From NCBI GenBank assembly GCA_001824825.1, contig MHTK01000006.1:57051-121050 (forward strand): DNA of 64,000 nt, read 5' to 3'. Below the pieces are notes generated by a model, which worked only from the letters and a program-made list of their open reading frames with translations, made no database searches and was not told where the DNA came from. Source of the stretch: Candidatus Vogelbacteria bacterium RIFOXYD1_FULL_46_19. GTDB lineage: Bacteria > Patescibacteriota > Minisyncoccia > Phycocordibacterales > XYD1-FULL-46-19. The translations under genes were made by a program, and so were the position numbers. Shown here in pieces: positions 57,676 through 64,000 of this stretch; position 1 is the stretch's first letter; each line of letters opens with the position of its first letter.

Positions 57676-59139
57676 TTATTGGTTATCTTTAGGACGAACC
57701 AGTGGAAAAATTTGAGTTTCGCGAATGGACTTACCGGCCAAATAAGAAAATAGACGCTCACCGAAACCAAAACCGAAGGCCGGGGGCATCCCATGTTCAA
57801 GCATTTCGACGAAATCCGAATCCGGCATCATCGCTTCCTTATCCCCGCCCGCCAAGAGTTCCTGCTGGACTCTAAATCGTTCCGCTTGATCCGCGGGGTC
57901 ATTAAGTTCAGCGTGAGCTCGGCCAAGTTCACTACCAGCCAGTATCACCTGACAGGTTAAAGTCAACCGCGAATCCTCTGGATGTTCTTTTGACAAAGGT
58001 GCCACCAGCTTCGGATGATTCACTAAGAAAGCCGGCCCACTTATTTGCTTGCGGCAAAATTTCCACAAGCTATCCGCGAGCCGTTCCCGATTCTCACCCT
58101 CGTAAGTTACCCCCAGTTCGGTTAACTTGGCTTTTAAAGCACTTTCACTAGCTTCTAAAACATTTATCCCGAGCATTTTTTCAATCGTCTTAACATAGTC
58201 GAGTTCTTCCCAGTCGGCCGCTAGATCGAAGTTATGACCCTTTACTTCAAAACTAGTTCGTCCAAAAACGTTCTGAGCCAAAGTTCGATACAGCTCTTGA
58301 ATTAATTTTTTACCATTAGCAAAAGACAAATACGCGGCGTAGAATTCAATGTTAGTAAATTCTTGCAAGTGTTCAGGGCTACTACCTTCGTTCCGATACA
58401 CCCGCCCGATTTCAAAAGTTTTTGGAAAGCCGGCGGCGAGTAATCGTTTCTGCCACAATTCACCCACCGAGATCCGCAAAAAAACATCCAGATCAAAATC
58501 GTCATGATGAGTTTTAAACGGATTAGCTTCTGCCCCACCAGTGGAAAGTTCTAAGGTTGGAGTTTCCACTTCCAAGAATCCACGCTGTTTTAAGAAAGAA
58601 CGCACTTCGTCCCAAAAGCGGGCTTTCAATACAAAAAGGTCACGCGTCTCCTCATTCATTAAAATGTCTAGATAGCGCTTCCGAAACCGAGCATCATCAT
58701 CAGTCAAGCCGTGCCACTTATCTGGTAGCGGCAGTAGAGTTTTGACGAGCATCCGCCAGTCAGCCACCGCCAAAGTTTTTTCTCCACGCTCAGTAATAAA
58801 CAAGCTCCCACCCAGTTCAATAAAGTCGCCCAAATCCACCGTATCTTTAAACAAATTAAAGGCCTCCCCATCTAAGGCATCACTTTTTAATAAGCCCTGC
58901 AGACGAGCCGACCCATCATCTAAATCAATAAACACCACCGCTCCCTGACCACGAATAGCCCGTACTCGCCCCGCCAGTCGCACCTCCGCCCCTATTTCTA
59001 CCAAGTGATCCCAGTCAGCCACAATGGAGGCTAAATCCCCTGTTCGCTCGACAGTAGCCGGATAAACTTCCTGACCAGCGGCTTTCAACAAACCGAGTTT
59101 TCTCTCGCGTTCGACTCTTATTTCGTCTAAGGAAGCCAT
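57676..59139 (-). CDS. lysS: lysyl-tRNA synthetase, class II
   Basis: N-terminal OB anticodon-binding domain and class II motifs 1-3. Confidence 0.9.
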   Translation of the reverse strand: MASLDEIRVERERKLGLLKAAGQEVYPATVERTGDLASIVADWDHLVEIGAEVRLAGRVRAIRGQGAVVFIDLDDGSARLQGLLKSDALDGEAFNLFKDTVDLGDFIELGGSLFITERGEKTLAVADWRMLVKTLLPLPDKWHGLTDDDARFRKRYLDILMNEETRDLFVLKARFWDEVRSFLKQRGFLEVETPTLELSTGGAEANPFKTHHDDFDLDVFLRISVGELWQKRLLAAGFPKTFEIGRVYRNEGSSPEHLQEFTNIEFYAAYLSFANGKKLIQELYRTLAQNVFGRTSFEVKGHNFDLAADWEELDYVKTIEKMLGINVLEASESALKAKLTELGVTYEGENRERLADSLWKFCRKQISGPAFLVNHPKLVAPLSKEHPEDSRLTLTCQVILAGSELGRAHAELNDPADQAERFRVQQELLAGGDKEAMMPDSDFVEMLEHGMPPAFGFGFGERLFSYLAGKSIRETQIFPLVRPKDNQ

Positions 59140-59156
59140 AGGACTAAAATTTAAAA

Positions 59157-59624
59157 CTATTTGATATCGATAATAGAGTACTTAACCTTGCCCCGAGGAG
59201 TTGTCACTTCTACCTCCTCCCCTTTTTTCTTATCTAAAAGAGCCAAGCCGAGAGGTGAATGATGAGACACCTTACCCTCTAGGGTATTAGCTTCTTCCGA
59301 ACCGACAATTATGTATTTTGACTCCGCCCCGCCATCTTTTTTAACCACCACTGTCGAACCAATCGACACCTTACCTTTGGGAGTGACGCCGGAAATGATA
59401 ATGGCCGACTTAAGAATTTGTTCAATTTCGCTAATCCGACTTTCAATATCCGCCTGTTTATCACGAGCTTCGTGATACTCGGCATTTTCGGATAGGTCAC
59501 CCAAGGACTTGGCATACTCCAACTGCTCAGCAATGTGCTTACGCTCGACCATTTTTAAGTGATTTAACTCATCATTTAACTCATCATGTTTTTCTTGACT
59601 TAAATAGGCAGCGGTATTGTTCAT
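59157..59624 (-). CDS. greA: transcription elongation factor GreA
   Basis: Coiled-coil N-terminus with the acidic tip and an FKBP-like C-terminal domain. Confidence 0.9.
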   Translation of the reverse strand: MNNTAAYLSQEKHDELNDELNHLKMVERKHIAEQLEYAKSLGDLSENAEYHEARDKQADIESRISEIEQILKSAIIISGVTPKGKVSIGSTVVVKKDGGAESKYIIVGSEEANTLEGKVSHHSPLGLALLDKKKGEEVEVTTPRGKVKYSIIDIK

Positions 59625-59698
59625 AAACGAATATTAGCTCGATTAAAAGTACGGCTAGTATAACTTAAGCGGCAGCTAAAAGGCAAGATAACTTATCT

Positions 59699-61378
59699 TC
59701 AGTTCAAATACTCCGGGGTGTAAATAGCCATCCAGTCTATAAGCCGCCGCATCACTACCCCGCCCCCAGCGGAAACACCCCGGGGGCCCTGCTCCATCAC
59801 AACCACAAAAGCGTAACGGGGGCGCCCGTAGGGAAAGTAGCCACTGATCCAGGCATTCACATAGCGTTTACTGGCATCCACTTCGGCCGTACCCGACTTG
59901 GCCGCCACTTCCACGGCCGGAGAATTTAAAACCAAAGCGGTACCGTTTGTCACCGTTTGTCTCATCGCTTCTTGAATGACTTTAAAATGAGTAGCTGAAA
60001 AATTGGATTGATTAATCACTTTAGGTTCTGCTCGCGCTACCAAAGTCGGTTGTAATAAACGACCGTTATTGGCTAGATAAGAGACCGCTCGCGCTACTTG
60101 AAGCGGGGTAACTAAATACCCGTACTGACCAATCGAGGTATGGTAAGTATCACCCAGGCGCCACGGCTCACCATTAAAAGTTTTAGCCTTCCACTCGGGA
60201 TTAGGAATCACCCCCGCTGCCTCCACATTCAGTTCGATACCGGTCGGGGCTCCAAAACCGGCCAACCGGGAATACTTTTCAATTCTACTAATACCCAAAC
60301 CAGGCTGGCCACCGGCGCCACCACCAATGGTATAAAAATAAACGTTAGATGACACCGCGAGAGCCCGGCGCAAGTCAACTGCGCCATGAGCCTTATTATC
60401 ATTAAAAATACTCGGTTGATCAGGGAAATATGGATTGGGTACCACCAAGCGGCCACTGCTATAAATAGTTTTAGTCGGGCTAATGATATTTTCCACCAAA
60501 GCCGCTAAACCTAAATAAGGCTTAATGGTCGAACCTGGACTATATAACCCCGACACCACCCGGTTTAGGAATGGGTTGTCTGGATTGGTGACATACTCGT
60601 TAATTAAAACTCGGTTTTTACCAGCGGCCATCACATTCATATCAAACTCCGGAAAACTAACTAAACTTAAAACCTCACCGGTTTCAACATCCATCAACAC
60701 GGCTGCCCCACCCTTAAAGCCATTATTAGTCGCCACTTCACTAATAATCTCATAAAGTTTAGCTTGAACGCGGGCGTCGATAGATAAAGTGATACTTTCC
60801 CCCGGTGTGGGTACCTTCGATACATGATCCGATTCCACTCGGCCGCTAGCATCCACCTCTTCAATTCGCACCCCTCGCTCACCCATCAATATAGAATTAA
60901 AAGTATTTTCCACGCCATTCTTGCCAATATACTCTTTGGGATTAAAATCCCCGTCTTTAAGTTCCAACTCATTCGGATAGCCGATATAACCTAAAACATG
61001 AGCAAAGCCACCGCTCTCTATATACTCGCGTTTGGGATTATTCCAAGCCAAGGCTTCCCCGGTGCGATCATAAATAATGCCACGGTCAGCAAAAACTAAA
61101 GTGTGTCGCAAACGATTCTGATTACTTCTAGTGGCATAGTCTTTACCTTCTACCACTTGAATAAAGCCAATCCGGCCGGCAAAAACTAAGCAAATAATCA
61201 AAAAAGTACCAATAGTGCCCCAAATAGCCTGTTTGGAAATGGGCTTTTCTATTCGGCCCTCAAATTGCTGGTTATCAAAGGAAGGTAGGTTGCGCGAGTC
61301 TAAAAAAATCTCATCAAGATCCAAAGTGATCCGACTAGATTGTCGTCGCCAATTGAGATAGTCAAATATTTTTCCCAT
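59699..61378 (-). CDS. mrdA: penicillin-binding protein 2, elongation-type transpeptidase
   Basis: SxxK (STIKP), SxN (SSN), KSG (KSGTAE) and adjacency to mreDCB. Confidence 0.85.
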   Translation of the reverse strand: MGKIFDYLNWRRQSSRITLDLDEIFLDSRNLPSFDNQQFEGRIEKPISKQAIWGTIGTFLIICLVFAGRIGFIQVVEGKDYATRSNQNRLRHTLVFADRGIIYDRTGEALAWNNPKREYIESGGFAHVLGYIGYPNELELKDGDFNPKEYIGKNGVENTFNSILMGERGVRIEEVDASGRVESDHVSKVPTPGESITLSIDARVQAKLYEIISEVATNNGFKGGAAVLMDVETGEVLSLVSFPEFDMNVMAAGKNRVLINEYVTNPDNPFLNRVVSGLYSPGSTIKPYLGLAALVENIISPTKTIYSSGRLVVPNPYFPDQPSIFNDNKAHGAVDLRRALAVSSNVYFYTIGGGAGGQPGLGISRIEKYSRLAGFGAPTGIELNVEAAGVIPNPEWKAKTFNGEPWRLGDTYHTSIGQYGYLVTPLQVARAVSYLANNGRLLQPTLVARAEPKVINQSNFSATHFKVIQEAMRQTVTNGTALVLNSPAVEVAAKSGTAEVDASKRYVNAWISGYFPYGRPRYAFVVVMEQGPRGVSAGGGVVMRRLIDWMAIYTPEYLN

Positions 61379-61380
61379 GC

Positions 61381-61647
61381 CTAATCATTATAAATGATTA
61401 GGCGCTCTCTGACTAAATCACCGATTAAAAAGCTACCCGCCACCGCCACCGTTCCAAACAAGGCTGGCAGCTCCCAGCCCCCCACTGTCATAGTTCCTAA
61501 AAACAACTCTAGAAAAAGGACGGCCACTAAACCTTCAAAATACCAAGCAAAAAAAAGGGCTCCCACTATGGCTAAAATCACCACCCAAAGTCCCGGTAGC
61601 CAAAACCAAGCCGCCAAAAAAATGAGATTAAAAATTATTCGACTCAT
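61381..61647 (-). CDS. mreD: rod shape-determining protein MreD-like
   Basis: Small polytopic membrane protein following mreC. Confidence 0.5.
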   Translation of the reverse strand: MSRIIFNLIFLAAWFWLPGLWVVILAIVGALFFAWYFEGLVAVLFLELFLGTMTVGGWELPALFGTVAVAGSFLIGDLVRERLIIYND

Positions 61648-62482
61648 TATAAATAGACACGAAGCGTAAAGTATAAATGTTTAGCGGGGGCTTGATATAA
61701 ATTTGCTGGAACGGGGTTTGTTCATTACTCTCAACTCCACCCACCACTCCTAAAACATACTCGCGGTTACCTACCACAGTGCGGACAATATCATTATGAA
61801 CCACTTTTACTCCAGCCGGTACGGACACTAAGAAATTGCCGCCACCCCGACCAGTTGCTACCGCCGGTACATTATCCGATCCGATCATCACTCTGGTCTG
61901 ACGTCCAGCCGATGAATAGAGGCGCGCCAAGGACGATCGGCTGCCGATTTGTACAATTTCACCTAACAACACTCCACCCTCGACTAAAACCGGATCGCCC
62001 AAATCAAGCGATAAGCCTGCGCCCAAATTCTCTCGCCCCAGATCTAACATAAAAGTGTCGTAACCAAGGTAACCAGCATGAGCCAATACTTTAGCGACCA
62101 ACATCCTCTCTACCCCCTCCGATTGGCCGCGACCTAGACTTTGCTCTAAAGCCAACAGTTCCTCTTGTTTAGCTGACAGTAGAGTTAGAGCCGCTGCCGC
62201 TTGACCCAACTCCTTCCGCAAAGCTTCATTTTCCGCCAGTAGCTTGGCCCGGTTGGATAAAAAGCCAAAATTATCAGCCAAGCCAAAAAAGACCGAAGCG
62301 GAACCACTCCTTACGGGACCAACGACTGCTAGTGTCGGTCCAGAGAGAAATCTGACCAACAAACCTCCCCCCAGTAAAAGTACGATAATCACTAAAGACC
62401 ATAAAGCCTTACTAAGACCCGACAGTGGACGACGATGATTGGAATAAACAGTTTTTTTATCGAGGAGGTAATTCATCTTCAT
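61628..62482 (-). CDS. mreC: rod shape-determining protein MreC
   Basis: TM helix, coiled coil and a C-terminal beta domain; sits between mreB and mreD. Confidence 0.7.
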   Translation of the reverse strand: MKMNYLLDKKTVYSNHRRPLSGLSKALWSLVIIVLLLGGGLLVRFLSGPTLAVVGPVRSGSASVFFGLADNFGFLSNRAKLLAENEALRKELGQAAAALTLLSAKQEELLALEQSLGRGQSEGVERMLVAKVLAHAGYLGYDTFMLDLGRENLGAGLSLDLGDPVLVEGGVLLGEIVQIGSRSSLARLYSSAGRQTRVMIGSDNVPAVATGRGGGNFLVSVPAGVKVVHNDIVRTVVGNREYVLGVVGGVESNEQTPFQQIYIKPPLNIYTLRFVSIYNESNNF

Positions 62483-63515
62483 TGTCTATTAAAATATCTC
62501 GGTAACGCTCAATATCTTCTAATACGATTCCCGCCCCACGCACCACTGAAGTATGAGGCTCATCAACTAAGTGAATCGGGATGCGAATTTCTCTTTCCAA
62601 CAAGTCTTTAAGGCCTAAAATTTTAGCTCCCCCTCCGACCAAGACAATACCCCGATGCATAATATCGGACACAATCTCTGGCGGGGTTGACTCCAAAACC
62701 TCCTTAATCGCTTCCAGTAAGTAAGCTACCGAGCCACTAATAGCTTCCATCACATCCGTATCAGTAATAATTACCTCCCGCGGCAAACCAGTCACCAGGT
62801 CACGGCCACGGATGGCATACTCCATTGGTTCCGGCTGCTTAAGCACCGAACCAATAGCCAGTTTGGCTTCTTCGGCCGTCCGTTCACCTAATAATATTTT
62901 AAACTCGTCACGAACATAGCTAATAATATCCTGATTAAGTTTTTCCCCAGCTATGTGTAAATTTTTAGCATTTACTATTCCGCCTAAAGAAATTACCGCA
63001 ATATCGGTAGTACCCCCGCCCACATCGATAACCATATTACCCACCGGATCATAAACTGGTAACCTAATACCAATCGCCGCCGCCATCGGTTCTTCTATAA
63101 TATGTACCTCCCCGGCCCCGGCATTTTTCACGGCGTCACGCACAGCTCGTCTTTCCACATTAGTAATTCCAGACGGCACCCCAATCACTACCCGCGGTCG
63201 AAAAAATTTCTTGGTCACCCCCTGAGCCGCTTTTTTAATAAAATAAGAAATCATTTCTTCAGCGACTTCGAAATTGGAAATCACCCCATTCTCTAGCGGT
63301 TTGACCGCCGTAATGTGAGTCGGAGTCCGACCAATCATCTTACTAGCATCAGTACCCACTGCCACCACCCGCCCGGTTTTTTGATTTAAAGCGACAATCG
63401 ATGGCTCAATAATAACAATGCCACCCCCTCTGACGTAAATCAAAGTACTAGCCGTACCCAAATCAATACCAATGTCATTGGAGACCACATCTTTAAACCG
63501 ATCAAATAGAGCCAT
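62457..63515 (-). CDS. mreB: rod shape-determining protein MreB
   Basis: IGIDLGTA.T.I, DIGGGTTD and an actin fold throughout. Confidence 0.9.
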   Translation of the reverse strand: MALFDRFKDVVSNDIGIDLGTASTLIYVRGGGIVIIEPSIVALNQKTGRVVAVGTDASKMIGRTPTHITAVKPLENGVISNFEVAEEMISYFIKKAAQGVTKKFFRPRVVIGVPSGITNVERRAVRDAVKNAGAGEVHIIEEPMAAAIGIRLPVYDPVGNMVIDVGGGTTDIAVISLGGIVNAKNLHIAGEKLNQDIISYVRDEFKILLGERTAEEAKLAIGSVLKQPEPMEYAIRGRDLVTGLPREVIITDTDVMEAISGSVAYLLEAIKEVLESTPPEIVSDIMHRGIVLVGGGAKILGLKDLLEREIRIPIHLVDEPHTSVVRGAGIVLEDIERYRDILIDNEDELPPR

Positions 63516-63516
63516 T

Positions 63517-64000
63517 TTATTTAAATTCGGTTATCAACTCGGCAAAAGTTAAGTGTCTGATTTCCGCGGTCTGGCGATTCTTCACTTCCAATTTTCCGGC
63601 CGCCAAGGTTTTTTCACTGACAATCACTCGCAGGGGCATACCCAACAAATCAGCATCACCTAATTTTTCGCCAGCCGGTAAATCCCGATCATCAAATAGG
63701 GCTTCGACTCCAGCCTGACTTAAATCGGCGTAGATCTGGTCGGCCGCTTGTCGCACTGGCTCACTACTGCCCAAAGCAACCAGATGCACCGCAAAAGGAG
63801 CCACTGACGCCGGCCAAACTATTCCGCCATCATCAGCCAACACCTCGACAATCGTACCTAAAAGTCGACTAAGCCCAATACCATAACTGCCCATATAAAT
63901 TGGTTGATCCAAACCGCTTTCATCGCGATATTTCAAACCTAAGGCGTCGGAATACCTATGACCCAAGGGAAAAATATTACCCACCTCAATGGATTTAGCT
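63517..64000 (-). CDS. proS: prolyl-tRNA synthetase, C-terminal part only; the gene continues beyond the window
   Basis: MGSYGIGLSRLLG and a class II anticodon-binding domain resembling E. coli ProRS ...MGCYGIGVTRVV.... Confidence 0.7.
   Translation of the reverse strand, partial: AKSIEVGNIFPLGHRYSDALGLKYRDESGLDQPIYMGSYGIGLSRLLGTIVEVLADDGGIVWPASVAPFAVHLVALGSSEPVRQAADQIYADLSQAGVEALFDDRDLPAGEKLGDADLLGMPLRVIVSEKTLAAGKLEVKNRQTAEIRHLTFAELITEFK

Noticed and set aside
57483-57800. 105-aa minus-strand ORF spanning the lysS end and the structured intergenic region.
   Set aside because: It overlaps the lysS 3' end and the repeat-hairpin region, and its translation is low-complexity with no start context.
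1-64000. CRISPR arrays, rRNA genes and transposase/IS elements.
   Set aside because: No periodic short direct repeats, no rRNA-like conserved stretches, and no transposase- or integrase-like ORFs were seen on either strand.

Overview
The window is a 64 kb chromosomal segment, mostly housekeeping genes. Composition is mixed (AT-rich spacers, GC near the middle of the range in genes). Gene content points to a small-genome bacterium, possibly of the CPR/Patescibacteria type; this is an inference from short ribosomal proteins, a short AlaRS without a C-Ala domain, a 442-aa archaeal-type AspRS and many membrane-anchored hypotheticals. Recognisable blocks are: (1) mltG, a dnaQ-like exonuclease, mnmA and alaS; (2) infA-rpmJ-rpsM-rpsK-rpsD-rpoA-rplQ-rplM-rpsI; (3) grpE-dnaK-dnaJ; (4) trpS, an ABC exporter and a T-box-controlled aspS; (5) scpA-scpB and a dacA-like carboxypeptidase, mraY-ftsW-murG, gltX and an M23 peptidase; (6) rpmA, rplI, ctpA, corA, cysS, dnaB, recR, pgeF, rplU and rmuC; (7) the minus-strand dcw block mraZ-rsmH-ftsL-ftsI-murF; (8) lysS, greA and mrdA-mreD-mreC-mreB, ending in a partial proS. 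One tRNA was found, tRNA-Glu(CUC) at 51140-51211 on the minus strand. I saw no rRNA, CRISPR array, integrase or transposase. The parts that look accessory or are unexplained are: a mosaic-GC patch of isolated hypothetical genes beside the tRNA (about 47.2-52.5 kb) that carries a duplicated tRNA 3' end; a GC-rich two-gene cassette with its own terminators (20.5-21.9 kb); a large secreted tandem-repeat protein (3.9-5.7 kb); several long structured non-coding regions (26.4-26.9 kb, 36.2-37.2 kb, 57.2-57.7 kb); an exact 26-bp repeat shared between the mraZ promoter and a distant spacer; a 20-bp perfect inverted repeat inside the r-protein operon; and a +1 frameshift in alaS inside a G7 run. Every functional call is a by-eye motif comparison; no database search was possible.
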